This document shows positions 39,601 to 51,859 of a stretch of DNA of 64,000 nucleotides, piece by piece (positions within the stretch are counted from its first letter, which is position 1; each line of letters opens with the position of its first letter). Under the pieces are notes generated by a model. It had not been told where the DNA came from and did no database searches. It saw nothing but the letters and a program-made list of their open reading frames with translations. A program made the translations under genes and the position numbers. Location: positions 59,126,788 through 59,190,787 of the forward strand of contig CM120640.1 of NCBI GenBank assembly GCA_051362555.1. The letters are read 5' to 3'. This stretch comes from Lingula anatina. Its lineage: Eukaryota; Animalia; Brachiopoda.

Positions 39601-41739
39601 TTGATGTGATTTTTTCTTCAGTCAACAGCTAACATTGAGATAGTTTTTAATCTCCTATATTTCGATGTCTAGCAGGACATCTTCATCAGGGAATGAGGCT
39701 ATCCAGGTGAATAGCCTCTATTCAGTCTCTATCCAATATTTGAATTATTTCAAAATGACAGTGCAACCTACCCATCTAAAAGTGAAGTCAGCATTGGCTG
39801 AACCTCTTCAAACACTGCTTCTTGTGACTCCTGTGGAGAGTATACCCTGATAAAACAAAACAGACCACTGCTTTGGAAGAGAATGCAATAAGATTTTATT
39901 TTTATTTTTACAAAACAAACAACTGTTAGAACACAGAAGATTTAACTGTCAAACATCCTTTTGAGGAAGGTGTTAAAATGTAGCAGTCTTGTTCTGCTTT
40001 TCTCTTTAATAATAGCAAATAGCACATCTAAATCAGAAAAAAAAAACATAAACACCACACTGTACTCTTATTAATATTAGGATTAGAAAATATCATTCAA
40101 AGATTATAATTACTTTAAAAACAAATCCCTCAATTGACAACTATTCTTTTCAAATAAGCAACATACATGTCACTTCAAACTGTGATATTTATGGATAATG
40201 CATACTGGTAAGCTACACATGGTTAAAAAGTATTATAAACTTACCTCTCAAACTCATAAACTTTGCTGTGTTTTGATGTTTTAACCACAACATTTTCCTG
40301 AATAAAACAGAAGTTATTGAGACTTCTTTCTTAGACTGCGTTCCCTTAAACCCATTCAACTAGCTGGATCAATCTGACTATCCGTGGTTTCTTGCTAAAG
40401 TGCTTTCAGTGTAATCAGCTTAATTGTCTGACATGCCCCCTTGAGTAACTAGAGGTACTGACTATCATTAATTGCCCCCTAGCAGCTTGAGTAGGCATGT
40501 CAGACATTTAAGCTGCTTACACTGAATGCAATTTAGCAAAAATCCCTGCAGAGTTAGATCAATCCAGCTAGTAGATGGGTTTATGGGAACACTCCCTAAA
40601 ATTACACTGGTATCAATTATCATTATGCTAGCTTGATGGTTATACAGAAAATAATAATCACGGAAAATCAAAATAATCTGCCACATTTTAAGCTGAAGCA
40701 AAGAAAGAAAAATGAAAAAAATGGATCAAGAACTATAAGACATCTCATACTTTTCAAATTCTTATGATATATTATCTTGTTTTTTCAATATAGTCCAATT
40801 CTCTGCTGACAAAATTAAACTCCTTACAAAAGTCTTAGATAATTTAGCACTTACATCATCCATAACATGAGTAACTACTTCTGACAAACTCCCTGGTCTG
40901 CAATATTAAATGTATTAGTTGTAATTATCAGACACCAAACTTAGGATATAATAATGAAGATTAAAGTAGTGTAAAATATTTCTGCAATAACATAATAATC
41001 TTTAAATTTTTTCCAAAGTATTTTTTACTAAAATAATTACCCCAAATCCCTCCCTACTAGTAATCATTTTACCCTGATTTTTGGCTCTGCAAACAATCAC
41101 ATATGACCCAAACAAACAAAATAAATTCCATCTCATACTCGTATACCTTCCTAATGTGCTAACATCCTGATTTCCTACATCAAATTCCATGAGTGGTCTG
41201 ATTCTACAGTGTACACGAATGTTTCCCCGAAGTTCCTACAAAGCACATAAAAATATCAAGTTTAACTCTATTATCTTAAAATAAAAGCAAGATACAAATT
41301 AGCAAGCTAAAAAAACTGTGAATGAAATGTGACATTTTTTATTTTGAAGCAAAAATGTTCCCATGTTTGAATAAATACCTAGCAAACATGAAATGATGTC
41401 CAAATTAAGCTGACAACTTTACCATGAGTGTATTATGAAGTTCTCTTCTTCTTTTCTTTTCTTTAGCATGTCGGGCATTTGCCTCCTGCAGTGCAGCTTC
41501 CATATCCACCATCTTTTTTTCCATATCTGAGAGAAAAGGCAATGTTATCAAAACACAATTTAATACTCATTACAATTTTATATAATTCAATGAAACATTT
41601 CTGAAATAAGTCACACAACAAGCTTTAATAACAATAACAAATACATAATAACAATATTAAATACATAGTATTTCACAGAACAAAACCTGAATAAAGACCC
41701 TTATTTATCACTTTTCATACTTATTGCTTTCTTTTTCTC

Positions 41740-41780
<41 letters not shown>

Positions 41781-42692
41781 GCACACACACACACACACAC
41801 ACATTTTAAGTCTTTATACCTGACATATTAGAATAATTGAGTCTCATTTTCTGTGTTTGCAACCGTGCCTGGGACATCGCATTATCATACTCCACTTGAA
41901 ACTGATGAGGGAGGGCGACAGCATCCAGTCTCAACTGCTTCATTTCATCTCGTAGTGCCTAAAATTTATAACTTAGATTATATTAAAGGATGTTTACATT
42001 TTTACAAAGTCATTTCATAATGCATTTACTCAGAAAATGAATTCTCTGATCCAACAGGAGTATGTGAAGTATGTATGTATATAAAAAGACTTAAACTCTA
42101 TGCACATTTGTTTTTTCATGTTCAAATGCTTCTTTAATATGCATATTATTATACATGATTTCATTTATGAGCCACTGAAGTTTAAAATTACAAGAAAAAT
42201 CAGTTTTAAATTACTTTAACTTGGCCACTAAGAGTAGCTAAGGATTCCCCAGTCCTCTGTCGCTGAAGTTGATCTGATTCATTAACTCGCTTTAGGTGCC
42301 CAGTTTCTTCCCTGCTGTCCCTCAAGATTCCTTGGAGCTGTGCAAGTTTCAAATATAACATAGCATTTTCAGTCTCCAATGCAATGATTCTTTCTTCTTT
42401 GCCCTGAAAAGATAATACACACTTAAAACACAAAACCGAGCCAATAGTAATGAATAAAATTGAATTTTTAAATACCCGAGCCTTTGTGCACTTAATTTAG
42501 GTTAAACCTAGACTACCTTATATTTTTCTATTACATACCGCCATTTAGCCTATTTAGCCTACAACGTGGAAAAAATAACAATAACACGTTTAGATATGAC
42601 AAAAATAAAAAGAAACTACTGGCCCTTGATTGACATTCCAATGTTTTCAGCTTGTCAGTCAAGAAATGCGTTTGATCCATTTCAATTGGCAT
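36697..42692 (-). CDS. KIF25: Kinesin-14 family C-terminal motor KIF25-like, 612 aa, 14 exons
   Basis: Exons 42624-42692, 42215-42403, 41820-41958, 41423-41526, 41147-41235, 40855-40897, 40245-40297, 39772-39846, 39226-39375, 38692-38853, 38138-38322, 37627-37827, 37249-37404, 36697-36920 (1839 nt). Neck [15 protein letters not shown]-loop [10 protein letters not shown], switch I HEHSSRSH, switch [17 protein letters not shown] and [13 protein letters not shown] are KIF25-type. The first intron needs a GC donor. Confidence 0.9.
40334..40596. mobile_element. Palindromic Tourist/Harbinger-like MITE in a KIF25 intron, same family as the 29.2-30.4 kb cluster
   Basis: Near full-length imperfect inverted repeat (GTTCCCTTAAACCCAT...TGTCTGACATGCC / GGCATGTCAGACA...ATGGGTTTATGGGAAC) with TTA/TAA flanks. 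Shares TTGTCTGACATGCCCCC with 30276-30293. Confidence 0.75.
41743..41803. repeat. Compound (CT)n(CA)n microsatellite
   Basis: Directly visible dinucleotide runs. Confidence 0.9.
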
Positions 42693-42990
42693 TTTTGACA
42701 GAAAAAAAAACAAGTGCCCCCAGGAGCCTTTTATCTTGGAAACCAATATGGCGTTGACGCTTAAAGTGAGTTTCAAACCTTATAATGCATAAGAGTTTTT
42801 CCACAGGGGTTGGAAATATTGGGGAAAATATAAATATAATTTTACAAATGATAATATCTTACACTAAAAATATAGCACAATTGAATGAAATAAATTTTAT
42901 TTTTACTTTTAGATATGTCAATATGTGTTTAATTTTTTCTCCATCTCTTTCGCTTTTAAGATGTGTTCCTGTTGCCGGCGTTAAAAGAAA
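42693..42990. promoter_or_regulatory. Bidirectional promoter region shared by KIF25 and MRPS9
   Basis: The divergent start codons are only ~300 bp apart. YY1-type AAAATGGCGGC overlaps the MRPS9 ATG, and CCAAT and ATGGCG occur at ~42743-42753. Confidence 0.6.
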
Positions 42991-43236
42991 ATGGCGGCGA
43001 CACGAGAAGTCGCTCTTCTCGTTGGACAAATCCATAAGCACAAGCCCCTTATCCGGTGCAGTCTCATTATACAGGTATTGTGCTGTAGAGGGAATACTGT
43101 CCAAAGTGATTTGTTTCTTTGCCTTCGTTATAAAATTCCTCATGCCGTTTGATGTATTTAGAATGTGGATCTTCTTTCCACATGAATCAACAGCATTTAA
43201 TCAAACATTTACATCGCCCAGTATAAGAGTCTACCA

Positions 43237-43271
<35 letters not shown>

Positions 43272-44211
43272 AAAAAAATGAAACATGATTATAAAGAAGT
43301 CAGCTAGTGTGCCTTTAAATGTAAAACCGATGTAATTAAAACAGCAATAATTTTTGGGCTACTAAATTACATAGAAGTGTGAATTAGAAATTTATTCACA
43401 CTTCTAAGTAATTAGTGCTGCTGTAGCTTTCTTTGCAATTTGATGTGTTAATCGTATAGCATTTATAACTTTGGTATCAGAATTTCAGTTTTGCCAGCAT
43501 CAGTAAGGATGGCAACTCTGTATGTTCTTTAATTGTCTATAAAGTGGTAACTTCCAATAGAAAAAGGTTTACTAACTATATGCATTTTACTACTACTACT
43601 GCTACTACAGTAGTACTGGCACACCTTTTACTTGACAAAATTTTCTGTCTGCACACTAGTGTCACAACTTCGTGTTTTATACATTCACTGCTATAATTTG
43701 CAAGCTGCACTGAATATATTTTATTATTTATAAATGAAGAATAAAGGTGCCAGTCGTGTACTAGTAATATTAGTGGTAAGTTTAAAGTTAATATACTATC
43801 TTACTCTTAGTTATAGAAGCAGCTAGGGGCCATGTTTTTTTTTTTTCCAAATTGGTTGATGTTTATTATTTTTACCTGGTTATTTGTCTTCAGAAGTACT
43901 GCATGTGTACAGGGAGTCAGCAGCCACAGCTTACACACAGAGAGGTACAGAGATCTGGGGGAATCGTAACGAATAAATATGGAGAACCTTTGGCAGTTGA
44001 GCTTGTGTTGCCTAAACCATCTCTGAAGAACTATTGTGCTGACTTTGAGGAGGAGCTAAAGCAACATGGTATTTCCACATTACATAAATGTGTTTGAGAG
44101 AGAGAGAGAGAGAGATTCTCAAAAACCCTTTAATTATAAATAATCTCCCCTTTTAATTTTCTGTTTTTTTTTTTACCTGGTCTTACAATTTGGAAATGTA
44201 TTCACGCACAT

Positions 44212-44249
<38 letters not shown>

Positions 44250-47200
44250 CTCTGTTACCAAGCATTTACACATGTGGCAGTTAATAAACATAGTACATTT
44301 TCATAGTTTATTCACAGAATTGTAAGTATTTTCAGTAGATCTTTTCTTGACTAAATATGTCATATATGTTATTATTATTATTTAATTAATTAAATGTTAG
44401 ATATAATATTCATTATAATATTTTTCTTTTGCAGAGATAAAATATGCACATCAGCTAGCTCAGTACAAGAAAGCCAGGGGGCATTTACAGAACATCATAG
44501 GCTTGAAACAGATGTCTACATTAAATAGAAATGTATAGAATGAAGTTTTTTATACTGTTGTGTGCCTTCTTAATGAACATCTTTGAATATAAAGACAGGA
44601 AATTAATGCAATATTTATAATTGATTCTTGAAGTAGAAACTTATTATAATTATTGTTATTTAAATTTTTTTTAGCTTCACTTCTTCAAAAATTATTAAGC
44701 CTGATAATTTCCATTCCCTTTCAGCGTAGCTTAAAAAACCTCTTCCCATCAGGTTTATTTGAGCCTAAAGCAAGACCAATGTTCAGGGTGAGTCATAGAA
44801 TGTAACTTGATTTATTATATTTGCTGTCTGTTGTATATTACACAGTTATATAAATAAAGGTGTGAAGTAACAAAATAAAAAAGCTGACGTTAGCCTCAAT
44901 TAAATATTGTAAAGTCTTGATTTGTTTGTTTTCTGTATGTTTCAGAAACCATTCCTGAAACCTATTAGTAAGTATGCATGTGGGCTTCATTTGTAAATTA
45001 AAAGGTGAAATTTATGGTGGTGGCCATTTTTTCTCTGTGCACATATGTTGCTAAGATATTTTTTCTGCATAAGCATTTTGCTTCTCGGCAAGTTTACATC
45101 AGAGTCGAAGATAAATAGTTTCCTAATGTTTTGCTGGAATTCAACATAGACTTTGGAATTAAAATTCTTTAAATATTTTTTCCAGGATCAAGTGTACGTA
45201 CAGATGGAAGACCTAGCCATTATCTGTTTTACACATCGAAGCCAAGATATTATGAAGTAATGAATGTAAGTTTGATTATGGATTTAAATATTATGCATGT
45301 GTTTTAAAATTTCAGTCACTTTATTCTGTGTGTTCAATTTATTGCCTGCTGGTTTGGTTCTGTGAAGTAATATAGTATACAAATCCTCCAAAGGTCAATG
45401 TATTCAAAAAGAATATGTGAGCGGTGGTGGTGGTGTGGGGGGGGGATGTCACTCCTATCCCTCTGAATTGATTTACTTTTGCTTTTAAAATTTAGTATTG
45501 ACATACTTATTGCTTTGATTTAGATAAAAGCATAAATGTGCACTTTTTAAGACATTAATGATTGGTCTAGACCATGATTTCTTTTTTCCTATTTGAGATT
45601 TTTTTTTTTGCAGGCTATTGCTCTTAAACTGGAACACATTCAAAGATATGAAGAGTTCATGGTATCACAAGGAATTAGTAAACCCAGTAGTGAGGCAATG
45701 ATGTCGTATGTATATCATATTTTGTTTTATGTGCACTTAATGAAATAAATTTTACACTTAAACTTGAAAATGTGTTTCCTGTAGCTTTTAACATGAATAA
45801 TACAGAAATATTTTCCAAATGTGGATGGTATAAGTAATAATTTAACAACTTAATTTTTCATGGTTGTAATTTTTCATTGTTATTTTTAGTTGGGCTGATG
45901 GAGGTAGACCCATGACATTAAAAACTTTTCAGAAGAAATGTGGGCATATCTCAACCCAAGATGTATGTTTTACACATGTATTTATATACTATAGTGAATA
46001 CTGAAAAAAGAAAAAAAAATATAATGTTTCATTTTTGCTCATGTAACAGGTGCAGACCTTAACTTGTGAGTCTGCCCCAATTATTTTGTTGATATGTTTC
46101 ACTTGTAGCTTTGAATACTAGTTTCCCAGATTCCATTTTTTTAAAGAGAAAAATGTGTATTTTCATGTCAAATCACATTTGTCAGTGGGCACTCCTAATT
46201 TGGAGTTAGAAGCATAGATCAGGGATAATGATTGTGTTCAGAAGTCATTGTAGTTATTTACTAATCCATTTCAGTACTTAAGATTTGTTTTGCTGCTGCA
46301 AAAAACGGTGGTGCAGCCCTATTCATACATCCACCGTGACTGGATTAACCAGTTCAGGAGATTTTTTGATAGAACCCGACCTCCAAAAGACAAAAAAGAA
46401 CCAAAGGTAAGTGTTGACAAAATTGACAGATAATTAGTGACATTTTAACTACCCCCAGTTCTTTCCGCTGCATTATCCATGTAAGCATCCGGCTGTGATC
46501 AATTATTCTGATTTACAGGTAATTAGTAGGAATGATAGATAGGGGGATTTAACTTAACAAAGCCTAAATAATCTGCCAGTGAATGCCATGGCCAGAATAT
46601 TTAGCATATACATATATATGGATATTATTTTGTTTGTTAGATTCATGTGGATGAGAAAGGAAGGCAGTATTCTGTAGCAGAAGGTAATGGTAGATTTTTG
46701 AGGTTGGAAACATTTTATTAATATTTTAAAATGTGGAGGGTGTTATTAGTCAATATTAATACAAATAGACATTTTAATTACAATTTGATGTTGTAATGGT
46801 AATAAAACAGATGCAAATTGCTATAATATAATGAAATAAGTGTATCTTCAAGTTTTCATTTATTTTAGAACTTGATTTTTTTTTTTTTGAAAGCACCAAC
46901 ATGTATTAAATCTATTTAACATTTGTACTTGTGTTTTTTCACACATGCTAAATTTTGAAGAATTCATTTGTCATAAGTTTTTACACAATGTTTTTCAATC
47001 ATTTCTCCTGTTAATCCAAGTTGTCGAGTGGCTTGAAATGTCCACCTTTGATAGGTACACATAGAAATACAACAACTAGTATGCTGACTTAAATTTCATG
47101 TCAAATAATGAGTATCTTGAACTTTGTTTAGGTAAAAAGAAAACATCCTTAGCACGTGTGAAATTATTTGTGAAAGGAACAGGGGAGGTCACAGTCAATG

Positions 47201-49897
47201 GGAAGCCTATGGTTGCATATTTTCCTAAGGCATTAGACAGGCATGTATACGGAGTTAAGATATGGTTATACTCTGGGCTCTACCCATGTTTGAAATGCTG
47301 CTTTGCTCTCTGTTAGTCCTTATTTTTATGTGGAAAACATTTTTTTCTGGTGCAAAGTAAACTGGTTAAAAGGTGATAGCAATACTAAACACTGTTACAT
47401 ATTTTCCATCCTAACAAAAATGAGTAGCTTGATACAGTTTTAAACAGTAACATTCATGTTTGTTTGTCGCTTCTTTTCAGGGAGCAGCTACTGTCTCCAT
47501 TGGATGTTACCAAAAAACTAACCACAACTGATGTTGAAGCTGAGGCGATATTGGGAGGGCACAGGAGCCAAGCCAGGGCAATCCGCATTGCACTAAGCAA
47601 ATGTTTGACTGTGTTTGTATCAGAGGAAGAGCGTGAGATGCTGAGACTAGGTACATATATGTTTTATCACTATTATGCTATTTTAATGGTGAAGGTAACT
47701 TGGTCTAGCTTTTGTTAATGTGTTTGCTCTGTACTGCTGTATAGAAAAAGAGCAGATTTTGTACAAAGTAGTTGCATGGAGGGGGTGGAAGAGACCATGG
47801 ATATAGTAGACACGTTTTTAGATTTTGAATTTGTTTCAATTGTAAAGGTATCAGCTCTTCTAACAAGCTTCACTGCTTTAATAAAATCACTTAATGATGT
47901 TATTGAAGCATTATCACCCCTCAAATAAGTGTTAGATCGCATTCACAACTGGTTGAGCCAGGCTTTACAAATCCTGGAACTAAATATGGCGGACGTACAT
48001 GAAAGAAAAACCGCCTAATCTTTTAAATAGTCTCTCCGCCTCTCATAGGCCTCCCCACACATCCCCTGCAGGGTACAGTCATTAAATCTCGGCTCCGTTT
48101 GCCATGCAGAAGCTACCTGAGAAATATTAAGTGCGCATGCTCATCAATTAAACTCGAAGTGAAGAAAGCATGGCAGCTTGAGGCGATCGAAGGAAAAAAG
48201 CTCTTCTGTTCTATTATCTTTCAAAACAGAGATGAAAACGAAATGAATTGGCCCGTAGAGCAGCAATGAATCGGCTATCTACGAAGATAATGTCACCAGA
48301 GATATTCACAGAAATATTCACGGAGATACCCAGCCCCAGTAGACGGAGGAGGGCAGAATTTTTGCGTTCGCAGTCTCGTCAGAGGGCGCAGTTCGTTCTG
48401 ATGCTGATGTTTGCCTTGTTCCCTACGCCTGATCGAACTGTTTGGATGAAGGGGAACTAGCTGATCAGCTGACCCAAGACCAATGAGCATGCGCACTTAA
48501 TATTTCCAAGGTAGCTTTCGCATGGCGAACGGAGCCAAGATTTAATGACTGTACCCCGCAGGGACGACATGTGGTGAGGAGTGTGAGAGGCGGAGAGACT
48601 ATTAAAAGATTAGGCGGTTTTTCTTTCATGTACGTCGGCCATATTTAGTTCCAGGATTTGTAAAGCCTGGCTCAACTCGTTGTGAATGCGATCTTAGTCT
48701 CGTTTTTGTCTTTATTTCTAGCGGGTCTTTTCAAAAGAGACTCCCGTATAAGAGAGAGAAAAAAACCAGGTCAGAAAAAAGCCAGAAAGAAGCACACATG
48801 GTGAGAATACATTTCAGTTATGCATGTGTGTATTTCAGAAAAGAGAAAAGTAAATTTATGCCTCTTTCATCCCAGCGTACCACAAAATTACATAGTCCCA
48901 GTCACAACAAGAAAGAAGGCAACAAAGAATATTGATTGTTCGAGATTTGACCAAACATGGCCACTTTTATTATATAACCCCACAATCCTAATCATTAAAA
49001 AAATTTAAACGATGTAACAGATTGTTGCCTGTATTAAATGTCAGGGCCTTAGGGATAAAAAATGTATGTATTTAATATTCAATGAGACTGATCATCCTGA
49101 AAAAATATGATGTAACAAGTCAGCAAAAGTTATTGTTTACAAACAATTTGCGCAAATTTCATTTGTGGGGTTGCAAAAAGGCCCTTTCTTCAAACAGTTT
49201 TTTTTCTTTAAGTTGATTTTTTATATACAGACACTGAGTAGCTTGATACAGTTTTAAACAGTAACATTCATGTTTGTTTGTCGCTTCTTTTCTTTTTTGT
49301 TTTACTTTAAATTTACTGAGTGGCTTTGTTTGTTCAAGAGACAGGTTGCTTTCAAAAATCAGCATGATCAGTTTACATTATGATAATGATTCTGTGTTTT
49401 TTTTCCACAATTTGGATAACGTTTGCTTCATAACTTCCAAACTGTATTTTTGTTTTACTTTAAATTTGCTGAGTGGCTTTGTTTGGTCAAGATTTTTTTG
49501 TGAAATTTTCATTTTTTATACATTAATATTTTCAGTAGCTTTTATATCCCATGAACTGAATCCCTTGCTAGTTTTTCAATGTCCATATTACCTGTAGTAT
49601 ATATGTAAGAGGGTAAGAGTGATTATGCTCTTTTAAAACATTATGTAGCATTGCATCAAAATTGGCTAAATATTATTTTGTCTACTTTTTTCTGCAAAAT
49701 GTCTGAACATCTGACAGCTTTGCTGCCTTTTTTCCTGTATGGTGTCTGTTTATTTGTAAGCTTTGCTGTCTAGTTTTAAAAAGAGGTTCAAAGCATAGCT
49801 TCAAAGCATTTAATCCTCTGCTTATTCTTAACTTCAATCACTTATGCTTTATACTTCAAATAAATATATTATGTTCTTTTACAGGAAGAGGAGGTAG
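42991..49897 (+). CDS. MRPS9: Mitochondrial small ribosomal subunit protein uS9m, 410 aa, 14 exons
   Basis: Exons 42991-43074, 43894-44068, 44435-44532, 44725-44787, 44946-44967, 45186-45265, 45614-45705, 45890-45962, 46275-46406, 46641-46683, 47132-47240, 47481-47650, 48722-48800, 49885-49897 (1233 nt). Motifs LFPSGLFEPKARP, DGRPSHYLFYT, GKKKTSLARV, GGHRSQARAIRIAL, and DSRIRERKKPGQKKARKKHTWKRR (S9 tail). Confidence 0.93.
43237..43270. repeat. (TAC)n microsatellite
   Basis: Directly visible trinucleotide run in MRPS9 intron 1. Confidence 0.9.
44212..44248. repeat. (CA)n microsatellite
   Basis: Directly visible run in MRPS9 intron 2. Confidence 0.9.
47935..48693. mobile_element. 759-bp PIF/Harbinger-like non-autonomous element with ~210-bp TIRs, MRPS9 intron 12
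   Basis: GATCGCATTCACAAC...GTGCGCATGCTCAT (47935-48144) is inverted at 48483-48693. TTA flanks both sides (47932-47934, 48694-48696). Confidence 0.88.
49215..49665 (+). mobile_element. Diverged HINE-like element copy in MRPS9 intron 13
   Basis: Begins GATTTTTTATATACAGACAC (cf. 10863 GATTTTTATGTACAGACAC). Contains AAAATCAGCATGATC, CCTTGCTAGT and AAACATTATGTAGCATTGCATCAAAATT in the same order as the GOPC intron 2 element. Confidence 0.6.
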
Positions 49898-50530
49898 ATC
49901 AATTGTGTAAAAGACATGACCAGACCAGAGAGAAGCATAATCTGCTGAACATTGGATTGTGCAATATTTCAGACTGGACCTATCATTATTCTTAAATTGA
50001 AGCATCAGAATATTAAGTTACATGGCTGATTTGTTAATTTTACAGTAGCTCATTTACAACAGATACAAAAAAAATAAAACTTCACTTGAGCATCTGATTA
50101 TCATTTGCTTTAGTAAGCAATTTCGATAAAAGAATTGAAATTAGCCAAGGAATATTCCTTGATTGTTATATGACATGATGATTTTGTCTTTAAAAGAAAA
50201 ATATAAACGTTCCATAAATTATTTTTTTGTTCTTTTACCAGGAGCCGTATTCATGAAAATGTAATGAACGGTGCTATCTTGAAAGTATGATTTGTTTATT
50301 CAGAGTAAACGGTACAACTGTTGCAGTTTTGCTCGTTTCAAATAGACCTGCGACAATAAATATAACACGGGCATACATCTTGAGTGATATTGGTCAAATG
50401 TGATCTTTGTCCAAATTTGCCACAAATTGCCCGCAGAGAAATGATTTTAAAATGTCATCCTAGCAAACTTTGTGTTTGTATTTCTGCAACGTAAGGTTGG
50501 GGATTCTATTCCCGACCCCTGATTAACCGT

Positions 50531-51303
50531 TCACAAATACATCCAACCACTGCACATATGCTGCATGTTGAGGACAGACTTCAGCGCGTAGGTGTGGCCA
50601 AAATAGGTCTGCGATATTTCATTGGGACACGACCAACTCCCCGCCTCCCCTAAACGATAACACACAATGGCAATGCTAGAGACGCCTGTGACTTCGACCA
50701 GTCGTTTTCTCACAAAAGAAGCCCTGTTGTTCGCGCTGCCCTCAGAGAGCATGGTGAAATAAACCAGTAGCGCATTGAAGACCTCGGACGAGATGCCTTC
50801 CTTTGGAGTTTGTTTTGTCCATTGCTTCATCACGAAGTACCAATACTGACCAACCCACCCCGACCTTCTGTATGTGTCATAGGAATAGGATATACCGACG
50901 TCGAGTCCGGTGGCGCCTTCTAAGAAAACTACAGCCGAGCAAGATCCACCGACTAATTCCTCGCAATGATTCCGTAGATTTTTAGCTCGCTGTGATGTCG
51001 AAGCTGTCGACTGAGCTCCCAGCGATAGATCCATTTCAAAGAACGGGTGCTCGGCTGAGAACCCTTTTATTAAAAATGATGATACCTGGTGATAAAATAG
51101 ATCATTTTACACGTCAGTATGAAGAAGACTGCTCATGTATAATTGATTGTTTGAAGTTTTGCTTACATATAAACAGGTAGAACTGGGTTATCTAGGTGAC
51201 AATTAGCTCTATCCTTCATATAATATCGTAGTTTTTCTCTTAATAAATAAAATTATACCAGAATCCTTACCAGAACAATGCTTACAATCGGCGTTGGCAG
51301 CAT
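50531..51303 (-). CDS. Uncharacterised predicted secreted protein, 195 aa, 2 exons
   Basis: Exon 1 51271-51303 (MLPTPIVSIVL|GTAAGG) joins in phase 0 to exon 2 50531-51085 (TTTTATCACCAG|VSSFLIKGFSAEHPFFEMDL...), extending the 167-aa ORF. The join creates a signal peptide ending FSA-E. Exon 2 is GC-elevated against its flanks, and a TATA-like ATATATTTAA lies upstream (~51385-51394). Confidence 0.7.
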
Positions 51304-51859
51304 TCTTATGTATCAGTTGACAGTGACAACCGAGGTTGACAGCCAAATTGATATCAACTTCATACGGCACTGCTCCAGCTGTTGTTAAATATATCATGAG
51401 CAACCCTCATATAGTCCACGACACAGCATAGTTATATTATGGGGTGTCTCTATTTCACTATTTTATTACAGGGAAATGAGAATAAGGAATGAAAGTTGTC
51501 ATGATAACATTTTTCTGTGAAAGAGAGATTTTTACATTTGGCCTTCGTGGTATTCTAATTTTTGAACAGACCTTATTTCATTGTTAGATATCTTTCCACA
51601 AAGATGTATCGAAATGAGCAGTTAGCAATATGTAATGGTTTCATTCTTCAGAACACTTAAATTACCTACAAAAAGGACAGTCGACAGCAGTTGATTTTCA
51701 ACGTGTTACGAATGTCGATATTGTACGACGGGTAAAGGCCGATTCGAAACATTTATTTCTGCCACTCTTCCTGACACAGGCGTCCAAATGAACAATCAAG
51801 ACGGCAGCACGTTAGTTTTAAAAGTAGCAAGGGATTTCTTAAAAAAAGTTACGCATATA

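Noticed and set aside
42785-43288. 167-aa plus-strand and 94-aa minus-strand ORFs over the KIF25/MRPS9 promoter
   Set aside because: Out of frame with or antisense to MRPS9 exon 1, running into a microsatellite, with no recognisable motifs.
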